Source of the DNA: Laetmonice hystrix
Lineage: Eukaryota
DNA: 64,000 nucleotides
NCBI GenBank assembly: GCA_965235115.1
Contig: OZ249445.1
Span: 10,044,001-10,108,000 of the forward strand
Reading direction: 5' to 3'
The position numbers were made by a program, and so were the translations under genes. Below, piece by piece: positions 37,865 to 51,000 of the stretch. Below the pieces are notes generated by a model. That model was not told the DNA's origin and searched no databases. It saw only the letters and a list, made by a program, of their open reading frames with translations. Positions within the stretch are counted from its first letter, which is position 1. The number at the start of each line of letters is the position of its first letter.

Positions 37865-39056
37865 GTGCAGAGACACTGACCAGATAAACTATACTGAGGT
37901 TGTTACCATCCTGGGACTGACTTCTCAATAATTCCAAACAAACTGGGAAGTAAATCTGACTATCAGGATAATACCGTTGTTCAAAATCTTTGCTCGTACT
38001 TATAATTTCTGCATCGTGTTAAACCATTTAACCTTTCCTACCTTGCCTTTTAAATGCTTGAAAATTGTTTTTACGAGTGGCCCCTGGCCTCATATAATAT
38101 GCTATTACACCGGTACATGTAGTTCCTTACCCGAATCCATGCACACCTTTCACCCTCTCCACACACCCACACACACCCACCAACCAGTCCCAGTCCACAC
38201 CCTGCCCCCCTGAATAAAACAATCTCTACCCCAATACACCTCCCACCCTCTCCATTCTCTAACATACCCACCCACACAAAGATACCTCTCAATCGTCAAA
38301 TCTTAGTACCATACGACAGAGATAAGCTCAATGAGGTTTTCAATTGGCACAGAAGTACACTCGGCAAATTATTCAATACTACCGGTAGTAAACTCAAAAA
38401 TGGCATGTTTCTGTTATTCAAGGATATAAATACTGATCAAACCACACCAAAACTCATCAGCGAAAATCCCTTCAGTCACATAGAATAGTCACACCGACAG
38501 TCCTCATGACTTTCTTTGTATGCAATATGTATAATCCCTCCTCGTGATATACAAGGCTTTTCACGGCCATTGTATATAATGCAAGACTGAAAGTACACCA
38601 TGTGGGGGTCAAGGTTCAGTCCATACAAGTAGCTTGATTTCGACAGCTTCCTGTAAGGATTTACAATCATGGCAGGACAAGATGAGGTCAAGAAGCTGTG
38701 AGGAAAACTCGTGACCTTGACTCTCGACCTTTTGTCTCGCAACCTTGAGTGTATGGTAGGTGTTCAACCATGGGTTGACCTATACATGTACCCCTGGGAC
38801 ATGGTGCGAGTACAGATTCGCTTCTGTTGTCTTCCTTCAAATATTACTAATCGCACTATGCCAATGAGTGATGACCAGCTAGTGCCTTCTCAAGATATAT
38901 TTACAGGATGCTGTGCGAAGATGTTTGATGAAATTCAATGTTGTTATAGCAACTGATGTTGCCATGGCGTCTTTTATTAATATGAAAACCATAAACGTTA
39001 TTATGCCTACTATGATGAGGATGTAGGCATTGAATGAGATTGAGAAAAGGACTGCA

Positions 39057-42000
39057 TCATGATTTCACCTTAAATGCACCAGCTGTAGACAGCGATTCTT
39101 TTAATTCCTGGAACAACTGGAAGAAGAAAAGAAACAAAATACTTAATTAAAAATCGGAAAATGGCAAGAAAGATTTTGTGTTCATTATCGCTCATTCCAG
39201 CCTAGCCTTACCAACGTTTATCAAGCCAGAATCTACTCATTTCAACAATCTGCACAGAATTCATTGATCAACCTGAATGTACCAGTCTCTAGTGTCTAGC
39301 CCATATACACAATATGATTTATGTTTTCTATATTCGATAGTTTAACTGCGACGAACTTGCCTTTTTGACCCAATCACGATTCTGGAGACATTGATCGAGT
39401 ATGTCTCGGTTCTCCACCTTATCATCTTCTTCCTTAAGTGCTGTCACCTAGCGGAGAACAATAGAATTATAATCCTGTTGAGCTACCATTTCTACACGAC
39501 AGAAACGTTCTTATGAACCATTATATTTCAAGTTTGTGACGATGCTTAAAACCCTTCCAACTGATTGTCTATTCCACTCGTGATAATTTTTCTTTAAATT
39601 TTGAAGTTAATTACCAGTTCTTTTTGGGAAACACTATGGGTCAATGTATATATTTGGGGGTGGGGGGGGGGGGGGCATACCTTTGATGAACACCGCAGGT
39701 ACAGGTTGTACCGGAAATGATAGAGCCCATGGTAGGTTGGCAGGTGAACCATCACTTCCTTGCCGACATCATATTGCTGCAAACACACCACACAACAGTT
39801 TGTTACAAAGAAATTAAGAAGGGAGACAAAAAACTAGATACATTGAGCAAATCTATGAAACTTGATGGCATTCTGTTTTCCCCAATTATTCGCATTACTT
39901 TAAGTGCATTACGACCGAGTTATCCTTGGACTTCATACAGGACCACAGTTGGAAATCCTGGCGTGCGTACCTGCTGGTGTACGGTTTGCTCGATAGAGGG
40001 CGCCTCCAGCGTGTCACGGTCGTAGAAATTGCCGCTGAGCGTCACCTGTTTGAAGACAGGCACCTTGGTGGTCGTGCCAGCCTGGCAGAATACATCCGGC
40101 TGTGATCGGTCAACTACGCTCAGCTCCGGGAACTGCTCCACGTCTTTCTGTAACACACAGCCGGTCCAAACCAGGTTTAAATACGTCCGCTTAACTCGTC
40201 ACCTTGTGCTTGTCCTTGGTGAGCCAAACCCTAATACCTCTATTGTCAATGTAAACCGAGGTCAAAGTATGATGACCTTTCAAAGTTCTAACAATTCACA
40301 AGGGCATACAACCAAAAGGCCCCGGAAATTAAATGTGTGTGGGGGTGGGGATGGATTGCAAAACTACCTCGATCTTTCTTAAATTTGCTACTATTGGCAA
40401 TGAAGCAAAGCGTTTGCTCACACAGTCAGATGGAGGTGTTCGGGAGCTGAAAACATTCCCGAACCACAATTTAAGACAAAAATGCTATGGCTAAAGCTGA
40501 TGTCAAGCCAGAACCAAGGAATTAAATCACGTGCCACACTTGCGTTTCTTGAACGTCCCTGAACGACTAAAACAATGAATCCTTTTTAAGGATAACACAA
40601 AAGAGAATCTGTGCAGGTCGGAAGAGCAGACCCCCCCCCCCCCCCTCACCCCCACCCCACACCCTTGACTCCAGCTGTAGAACTTAAGCCGGGGATCCTG
40701 AGTGATGTCAGCGCGGTGGGTAGGAGTTGGACTGACAGCTCGACAGGTCTCTGGTTTATGCCTGGAGCAACCAGTACCAGCGTCAGGCCAGGCTGTCGGT
40801 GAGCACTGAAAGGACACGGACCCGTCAACAGCCCGCAGGATTGTATGGGCAAACCCACACGACAAGCCTGTAACATTGCCACAAACCCACACCCTAGAGA
40901 CCCACAATACTGGCTTACTGTAATACATAGGCACAGATCTATACTGCCAGAGGCATTATGTAAACACATACCTTCACTACAGACTCCCATTTAGGAACTG
41001 ACTTACCCAACAACCAATGAACCGTGTTTGACGGCATTTTGTAGTGAAACAATATGAAAAAGACCGTCCATTTGAAAACGTACCCGTATCATTAAAAGGT
41101 AGCCAGCAGTTTTCGAAACCAATACTCGTATTCAGTTCGGCAATAGGTCATTTGTACCGGTCGGTAACTTCCTTTAACTGGTTAAATTAGAGAACGGGTT
41201 ATGTCTTAAAATATATTCACGGGAAAATGACGACGACGATGAAAACAATGAACACCCGGATTGCAAACGTTGGACAGAGTGGACCGACTGCATCTCCCGG
41301 CCTCTCAACAACGCCAGAGATTGTCAGTCAAAAATATATGAAAGACAAAAATTATATACATGTGTATATGAAAAATAAGAAATATATAACATTCCTCGAC
41401 CTTCCAACTGCGATAAGAATGCCGTATAATACGGCGTTTACATTTCACAAACGTCAACTACTGCAGATGTTAATTGATAATGGCTGCTGGCGTAATGACC
41501 AAGTTTACAAACACACGGTGGTGACTGAGTGACGGCGGCAATGACCGGTGTACACACACTCAGACACCACATCTAATACTTCTCCTCGCAATCCGATATT
41601 ATAAGCCTGGAGCTAAGATCCCAGTTATAAACTCACATTTTCAACCCGAGGTCCTTTCCTTCCATGGGACCGAAAATCATGGAAATGAGCTAAAATCTTG
41701 TCACCACTTTCTCTGTTATGACTGAAAAGGTAAGATGGGCTTTGATTCTGAAAAGCGCCGTCTGTGCACAAGTGACTACATGTATGCTCAAACTATCAGC
41801 AGGTTTCAAGATTCCATCTGTATTTGTCTCTTTCAGAACTGAGTCAGAGTGGCAGATCAGAAGGTGTAGTCTTGAAATGGTGTCTATTTGAAGGCCACCA
41901 TGTATGCCTACTGATTTATAGTCATTACTACTTCATACAAGGGGTACCAGTATCTGAGCCACGTGGGCTGCTGAAGATATAAACCATCCATTAATGTAAT

Positions 42001-45000
42001 TTACTCAATTTCTGTAATGTCCTGGTATTACGGCCTTTTTTTGCCAGTCAGTCTCAAAATAAGGCTCCCTTTTCTGGCGGCAGGTGCCAATAAAATGACA
42101 CTGTGGAGTAGGGCTGATAGCTTTCACTGACAAGGTAGATCTTGCTGCTCCGAAAGGAAGTCTTTTTCAATAAATCTTTTAGTACAGAATCTATTTCATA
42201 TTGCCATGATTATGGCTGAACGGCTCCAGACTGTGGGTGTTGGGTTTAGTGGATGGGACGTGCACGATCCCAAATTATTCTGGGTATCATGTTATATTGG
42301 AAGTTAAGCACTAACCCTGGGGTTGCTGTTTGCTTAGTCAGGCTAGCTTGTCAGAGTCACTTCCAATAACATACATATCACTGGAACTCCTCTGCCCCCA
42401 AGTAACCCCCAACATGAGCGTCGACTGAGAAGCATCCCCATGCCTACCTCAAAGACAGACTGATTTGAATGCATGGAAACCTGAGTAGTTTCATGAGCTC
42501 TCGAGTGGGAGTGGAAGGGTAACGCGGCCTCAGCCACTTGTGTGGTTTGTCTTGTCCAGCGGTCACAAGTCATTCAGGCTTGTTGATCTACCCAAGGCCT
42601 TTGACTACCTTAACATCACCTCCCGACTTTACCGAATTATTCTGTCAGCATAGCAATTTTTGTTTTTGTTGTTTTTTTCTTAGAAATTGTCTCTAAACGA
42701 AACAAAATACTCGGAAGAATGGTTGCCACTTTATGGTTATTAACCTTTTAGTTCAGTTAGCTCTTATTACAATGCATATGAGGAAAATGGCATGAATGTC
42801 TTCACTAACTGTTAAGAGAAATGCAACAAAATGGGATATTTTTCTTACTGCTGACAGATCTTGAATGAACCTGGGTGAAAAGAAAATTCCATTGAACGTT
42901 TTACGGACAAACTAGGGTCAGCCAAACCCAGATATCCACTTGAAAGATGTGAGCCGATGATACCGTCAAGTTGACAAAGATCTAGTTTCTGAAACCTGAC
43001 CTCCGGACTCAAGTCGGAGGGACAGACGGCCTGGCACACACGTGGCTCCAGCGACTGGACGTTAGCTTTTTCAAGCCCAGTCCACGTCCTGACTGTAACA
43101 TAAATAAGAAACAAATGGCCTCCAACATTCAGCCCTAGCTTATCGCCTCAATCTGCCGTGTTTACCCCTTTGTTTATCGGGAGGGGATTTGGCGATCGCC
43201 CATTGTACAGGTACGGCAGTCGCTAGCCACTCAAAGTCAGTGCTGACATGACAAATATGGACAAACGGTGACGGCCCCAAGACAGAGGCGACATCTCAGG
43301 TTCATTCAGACCAGCTCTATCATTGTTAGCTGCGCGACTTCTGACAGTCTACGTGGACGGCGGTGGACGGCTACTTTGCTCTGCACAGATTTTCAGGTCC
43401 TTATCCCTCTTCAAAACTCTTCTCGTAAACTAGGCAATATTTGGTCAAACCGGCACTCTTTGACCACTGCTGTCTAATCTGACAGCTCGCGAACCAAAGA
43501 AGGAATGAAGGTGATATTGGTAGCAATGAAACCTGATCATGTTTGAGTTCGTCAGATTTTCTTCCATGTCATTAGAGGTGGCCACCTTCCAACTTCTCAG
43601 TCGGACTCTGCAATGCTTGTCTTCAGCTAAATTCAACCCGGACCCCCCTCAGTCCCCCATGGATGGGCTTCACCCATTCTGAAATCACAGGGGTGTTAGG
43701 GTTAGAGCTTTTAGGAGAAAAAATCCCATAAATGCTCGGAGCTGGATAGTTTGCCCAAACGTTCTCGGTCCAGCATACAGATACCAGGCGTGCCGCAGTC
43801 AGTTCCTGGCTCCTTCTGCTTCTCTTGGTCCTGGAAATCTCTGAGGAGTTTTTCTAACCAACCACTCACACGTGGAAACTATTAAGCAGTCACTCAATGA
43901 TAGAGCAGAAAAGAGCAAGCCAGGAACAAAACGTCTAACTGCCTATTTCCCTCCTTGTGCACGGCAGTGGTGCGGGGGCTGAGCGGTGGTTGGTGTGGGA
44001 GAGAGCGACGACATCGGCGGTTTACTCTGACTGTTTCTCCTACCTGGCAGACAATATCTCACCTCGCCTTCTCCTGGTGGTACCTGTCTCCGTAACAACT
44101 AAAACCTGATTCTCAAACTTTAACTTAAACCATGCCTACTTACAAAATGGCAGGCTGGCATTCACCATCGTTTGTTTTACAACTAGCGATCGTCTTCGCG
44201 ATCTGGATGTGTACGGCAAGCAAACCCTCCAAGCAATCCTGCAGCTACACCTTCACCGTGCAGCACTCGGATGTGGCAGCAATGTGTGGAAAGGACAACA
44301 CAAAAAATGAAAATCTTGTGGATTACCTACTCCAGGGTAGTGGCCAAGGTCAAGGTCATCGTCACAGAAAACATCACCAGCAGCAGCAATTGAGAATGAT
44401 GGGAGATGAAGGTGTCTCAGAACGGGAGATTGTGGGCAAACTTCTCCTCACAGTCAATAAACTCTTACAGCATCAAAATGTTCTGGAGAACGTTAAAACC
44501 GCACATCTCGGGATCAAGGACCTCAAGAATGAAATGCATGATCAAAAAGATGACTACGATATTTTGGTTGAGAGGATAACCGCGCTAGAAAACCATCTCC
44601 AACTCTTGACTTCAGGCAAGATTCTCCTCGACCAGCAGGAAGCAAAGACCGGACTTTTCAGGCATTTTACCGGCCGATCAAGTAGATTTCTTGGTAAGGT
44701 CCAATAGTTTATATAATTCTCTCATCTCACTAAGTCTTGCACACATTGCATATACATTGCATATACCCCAGTAATGTAAAATGTGCTTTCAGTTATCCCT
44801 TGTTAAACTCCTTTAATTACCAAACTCAGGATCTGACTTCAGTTCATCCACAAAAACCTTAGTAAGCCAATAACAAACTATCGCCTGAACCTTTGTTACA
44901 AAATCTGATAGAAAGGCGTGGCTCCCACAAGCCAATCTCTTCAGATATATTTTCCTTGTGCCAATCAGCTTAACAGAGTTGATGGGAATATCTTAATCTT

Positions 45001-48000
45001 TCCATCAACAATCCAGCAAACTCTTCCTTTTAACTATTATAATGTTCAGTGTTCGCAGTAATAACGGGGTTTTCATATAACGGGGTGTGAAGCCCAAACT
45101 TCAAAGAGGCACATGACGTATATCCACTGACTATGTCAATGATTAGATTCGCAAAATAAACATTTCTCGCCCCCCCCCCCCAAAAAAAAATAAGTTCTTA
45201 GTCCTTCAGAAATATCAGGACTACGACTAGGTTTTTTTTTTTTTTTTTTTTTTTTTGGGGGGGGGGGGGGGGGGTCGGTTTACTGTTACTGTTAGATATA
45301 CTTTATGTGCCTATTAAACGTAAATGAAAACGACAGACTGAGAACGACAGAACCTAATATCAAACCCAAATATTTTTTGATTTTCCCGATTGTCAATGAA
45401 ACATGTGAGTAGTCTCCCCATGTTTGGACATTGAAAATGTTACAATTAGCCTATTAGCAGCCACGTGTTAGTAGTGTTTTCAAATCCTGCGCACAGTGAG
45501 GGTCTGCGGGGTTGGCGTGTCTGACGCTGTTTCCAATCCAGTGACTATGTCCGTTCCACCCCGCCCAGGCTCGTCAGGAATAGTGTCATCACAACCATCC
45601 ACCACGTGCCTTCCCAAACCAGCGGGGCGCTCGGCCTCTCACTTATTGCTTGTTTATGGACGGGGAAAAACTTGGCATCACCTAAAGGCACCTCAGAATA
45701 GTCTGCGGCTGTGTGATGTGGCACCTCTTGTTCCTAGTGGCGCGTTAACTTTTCACTTTTCCTTTAAACACACGTTAAAATTTTTCTTAATAAAAATCCT
45801 GAAGGAGGATATCTTGTTTCTGCAATAATATGAAATTTGACAATCAAAGAATGACAGAATGTGATAAAACCAAAGAAACTGACATAACCGTATTTTACAC
45901 CTCCTTCTGTAGGCGACTATTGGTTTGAGTATTTACTAACGAATAGATATCATGCTGAATTTGACGGATATATGACAGGACTATCTGGGATATATTCCTG
46001 GTACCGGTTGGCAAGGCGAGAATGGATGGCTCTGGATAACAAAAACGAGAACACTTGCCAGGCTGTCTCAACAACAAGCCTGAAATCCTGGTGAAATATC
46101 ATACTATGCCTGGCCACATATGTAATCAGCTTCACATGGATGACTCAGCGACTTACTCCCCCCTTTGGAACCTGAACTCAGATCAAACAAACAACAAATA
46201 AAAAAAGAAGCAAGAAAGAAACGACCCCTTTACAAGTTTACAGAAGGTCCTTGACATCTGATTTTTTATGCTTTCCCTCTGGCAACCTGATTCTGGATAC
46301 CCCGACAGTGTTGATTAACAGCAATGAGACTATTATATTCCTTCTATAACGAAAGAAAAGAATTGAACTCACATTCACAAAGACCACCCATAAAAGCTAC
46401 AACCTGGATTCTCGGATGACAACACAAAACGGAGAAAAACTTCCTAAAACATTTGTTAAAAGTTCTATCCCTCCACAAATTTCTCACACCTGGCATAGAA
46501 CAAGCTGCGTCTTATATTGCTTGTTCTTGTCAGTAAAAAAAGAGTCTGAACCCCAAACAGGTCTGCAAATATTTTGTAGCAAAGGCCATCGACTGAAATG
46601 CTCCCAGTCCTGTCAATTCGTTCGTGTTCACGGCCCCCTCGTCAAGATTTCTACAAACCAGAAACATTCGGTAACTGTATATATACCGTAGTGTGCTACA
46701 CTCCAGAACGCTACTCATTCAATGTCGGCCTCGGAAATATGTACATAAACTTCTAGATCCCGTCTAGGCTAGAGAAGACCCAATTCTAATATTGGATTAA
46801 GTTAACCCACCCACCTAATTAAATCAGTTTCACTCATACCAGACCGCTAACTGCTGCCACACTAAACATGTGTACAATGTAAATGACGAGTAAACGACCA
46901 GCATTTCTGGAGCTTCATTCTCAACATTTTCCATACATTCCGACGCTTCTCTTGTTCTACGACGGGTTTTGAATTTTTCTTAGAAACGACATATCATAAG
47001 TTCAGAACCTGATCAATTTACTACTAAACTATTCAAGCCGGGTAATTGTAAACGAGGCCCTCTCGAAGACATATCGGAGAGGCCCCTCCCACTGTATTAT
47101 CCCAGCAGAATTAAGAATGCAGCAGCTACTGAACACTGCTTCCAAGCCTGACGACAAAACTTCTTTTCTGACTGCTAAGCAATTTTTCATCTCAAGCTTT
47201 ATGCGAAAATAGAACTAACTGGGTCTTCGCTGAAAATTTGAGCTCTGGACGGAATGCACCCTTGCTGGTCATTTTTGCACAGAAACGCCCAGAGCAAACA
47301 TATGAAAAAAAGGTATAAAAATAGGACACATAAAGATTATGATAAAAACCAACTGACGCATAGGTTCTCAGGACTTCAGTTTTTGTTACCTCCAGGTGGG
47401 AAAAATACCAGATTTTTTATACCCAGAGAAATGCGATATCTACGATGTTTTGTCGGGTTGTCGTCAATCTCTGGGCAGAGAGGCTTACTTTGTGATTTAG
47501 TCCCCCCCCCCCCCCCAGCTACATTTCCAAAACTGTTCACGACAGAAGGCAATGTTAACATATTAATGCACAAGTAAATAGCCTGGGATCGGAGAGTAGA
47601 GAGGCGTGTCGGAGATGGACATGACAGGAAGAACATCCGGATACACAAGGTAATGATGGAAGACTCCCGAGATGGCAGGAAAGATCAGAACAGCTGGTGA
47701 CAATGGTAGTCACAACGTGAAAACATCCTCAGGAGATGGAAAAGTTTTTAAAAAGTGATCAGAAAATGTGTTCATTACCTCATTTAATTTTCATTTTGTG
47801 CTTGAATGACCTTTTGTGATTGAGTTCACGTGTAACCCAGGGTTAGCCGACCTCAACATGTCAAGTTGAGACCACCACCATTTCAGAGAGATGCCACACG
47901 ACAAACATGCAGTTTACATCCAAGATAGATCTATATGTGTGCCCCAACCAAAAAACCGCCGGCATCATCATCAGTTCACTCTAGGACCCGTCAACCACTG

Positions 48001-51000
48001 GCGCCGCCGGGTTGGGCCACGTGGCCCGACCATAAAGTTGACGGTGCCGCCCAGCCTGTTGTGCCATATCAGCAGCGCGTTCCCAGCACCGGCACCACTA
48101 CCCCACCGCCAGGCGTCTCTCCAAGCGTCACCCCATGATAATTTACGGCACGGCCCACCTGTGCCGTGTCCTCACTTCTTCAGATTAACAGCGAATGAAA
48201 GGGGCACAAGAGGCCGCCCGGCTTGGCCAGCACGGGTTTGGGATCAGACATTGAGGGTTCTTGAGGCATTTGGCTCCTAGTGGCTTCCACTAAATCAGCC
48301 CTACCTGCCAAGTCTGTAATAACATCCTTAGGTGAGAATTTGTGGTCATTGCCACAAATCTTAAGCTTAATTTCTCTTTGGGTCACGATAGGACTTCAAC
48401 AGGAAAGATAGAGTTCGAGTAATGCTCGCCGTCTCCTGATTTGATGTTCAGTCAGGATTTTCTCACAAAAGAAACTTTCACTTAACTGTACTAAAGTTCT
48501 GATCGCGGTACTTGCCGCAAATATTCATTTCTCACATTGCCAAAGAAAGCGCGAAATCTGCGACTTTATTTTAGACTTACTTATCTTTTTGATTCTAGGT
48601 CAGTTTCCTTTTACCCCTGTAAAAGAAATAGCAGGGAAAAAGTCCCACAAAAAAACTACCTCCGTTCCAAGCCCAGCAGGGTGTCGTGACCGACAAACTG
48701 TTGTCAGAGTGCCATGTTATACACATGCTATACGGCGTTACGGCACCTGTTACACATGCTTCGTGCACAGATTGTGTTTCCATGGAGATATTCCCGCACT
48801 TGACTACCTCTCAGACCTGCTGGAACCCCCATTGTCAGAGGAACAACTTACATTGGTTAGGTTTACTCTGGTACCATCGTGCTCAACGTGGGCGACTTGA
48901 CAACCTCAGCCAACCCTATCCTGTCTATTAAACTAAACTTTTATGGTACAACTCCCAACTTCCCATCCTCCATAACCACAAATCTCACCCATCACACCCC
49001 GCGACGGCGCAAGAAAATATTCGGCGGGATAACTCTGTATGGATGACGTCTGATGTCATAGACAGTATTTAAACAAGTTCAACTTCTTACAGCACAAAAT
49101 ATACAAACGTACTGGATTACTTGAAACAACAACGTCCACCCCCACCTTCCCTCACCCCCCCCCCCCCCACACACACACACTTAAAAAAAAATCAAACAAC
49201 GCGCATGAACATAATCATTATAGCCCTTACATATACCAAGAAACTTTTACAGAATTTTAGCGTCTAAATGTTTAAGTAATCTTCATACGTCCAAAATTAC
49301 ATCATGTCGGTCTCCAATCATCAGCCACGCTGTTTTCAGGGACATGGTTATTTCAATCATTGCCAACATAGATTTGTTTCTAACCACAGTAACTCTAACA
49401 TTAGTTGTTGGGCCTAATGCACCGGTTTGTGTATGCCTGGCAAGCTTTGAAGTCTTTTAGATTGGTAGCTTCCAGTCTGACTCATCTCAAAACATTAAGC
49501 ATTTAAAGATTTTGTCAGCCTCCCCTTCTATGTGAGACGGCGAGAGAAACGCTTCCTGACAGGCACGGCTCTCTGTCATCTGACCTGGTTAGAGGTGACC
49601 TGACCCCAGCGGCCTGGACCTCACCCCAGGTCAAAGGTCAGCAGGCTCTACGGGGGTCAGGCATCATATCTGTCAGGGGCATCACGGGGGATCATATATA
49701 ACTGCCGTTGAATGGGGGGAAAGGACCAATACCTATCCGTCAGGGAATTTTACCCAAATTATCTACATTCTCATCATTTTGGGTGCATCTCTCAGCTGTG
49801 AACTGTAAACAGTCATGTCTAATCGTCATCTCTGCTTGAATCATAAACCACTCCAGAGGTTTCAGGTTGGCGGAAGCTAATCATATATCCCACCCGAGGA
49901 TGTCAACCGAGGGTTCAGGTTGTTGCACATAATGACATGAACAGAAAGGTACCAGTAAAACTGTCTAACCATCTCCTTGTAACATGGCTATCATGAGTTT
50001 AATCTTTCTTCACCTTCAGACTGCCCTGTCAACAATGGCCGCAGGATTCATGAGATGGCACCGATCAAAACCAAATACAACGAACTCATCCGAGTTGGTA
50101 TGTATCATTGTAATAAGGTGCTTCTCAAATTTATATTTCCAGACTGTTACTTCGTTATATATTCACCATGAACAAATGCTGAATAGTCTGCCTGTAAATT
50201 TTACATTACTTGCGGGTCCAACTGAAATGGGGGATGGGGGGTCCCAACCATAATTAGTCAATCATTTAGATCTATTTAGTTATTTAATTATCTATTAATT
50301 ATCTTTTTTGGAAGGGGGGGGGGGTCCAGGCAACTCGTAACTCCCCCTGTGGCTACATCATTGATTCGGACAAAATGACCCTGTCTACCATCAGCGGCAT
50401 GGGCCACACGGTCGAGACGCGGCAGCGCCTGCTGGCGGAAATTTTGATAACTATGCTATGGCATGGGCATGGCCGAATTCGCCAAAACAATTGTTAATAT
50501 GGGATTAGTTAGAGATTCTCTTACAATCTGTAACGCTAATAAAATATTATGATCATTTCACACTTTGATACCTTATCCCTGCTTGATATGATAGTTTCTG
50601 TGTCTGTTTATGTTTCTGACGGTCCGCCATTAGCTAGCCTACGCTTTGACAGCCGACTGTAGCGCCATAGGCGGCCACTGATGGCACTGAATAGGGTGCT
50701 GTCATCAATCGTTTTTACTCTGAACTAATATTGAGTTCCAAATCAAAACGATAGATGGCAGTACCCTTTTCCGTGCCCTCTAGCGGGAATTATGGAACTA
50801 ATCACGATTCATCAGCACCGGTGGAGCTTCGCTTTGGTTCGGCACTTCAAACGTTCATAGCGACGAACGAAATAATGCTTATCGCGTGTCAAGAGGGAGT
50901 TAAGAAGTCAAAGGTTGAATGATGATTGGATTTCCTGCAGATTCTAAGTGAATTGTCAAAGAATTCGTGTCGAACGTGTGTTGATGTAAATTGATTTCAG

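Noticed and set aside
38460-38900. GACCTTGAC-rich stretch resembling a HINE interior
   Set aside because: No terminal structures; more simply explained as the 3' UTR of the QSER1-like gene.
40527-40990. Two overlapping minus-strand ORFs with an acceptor-like site in the large intron
   Set aside because: The phase does not fit the phase-0 host intron, the host frame is complete without it, and no domain is recognisable.
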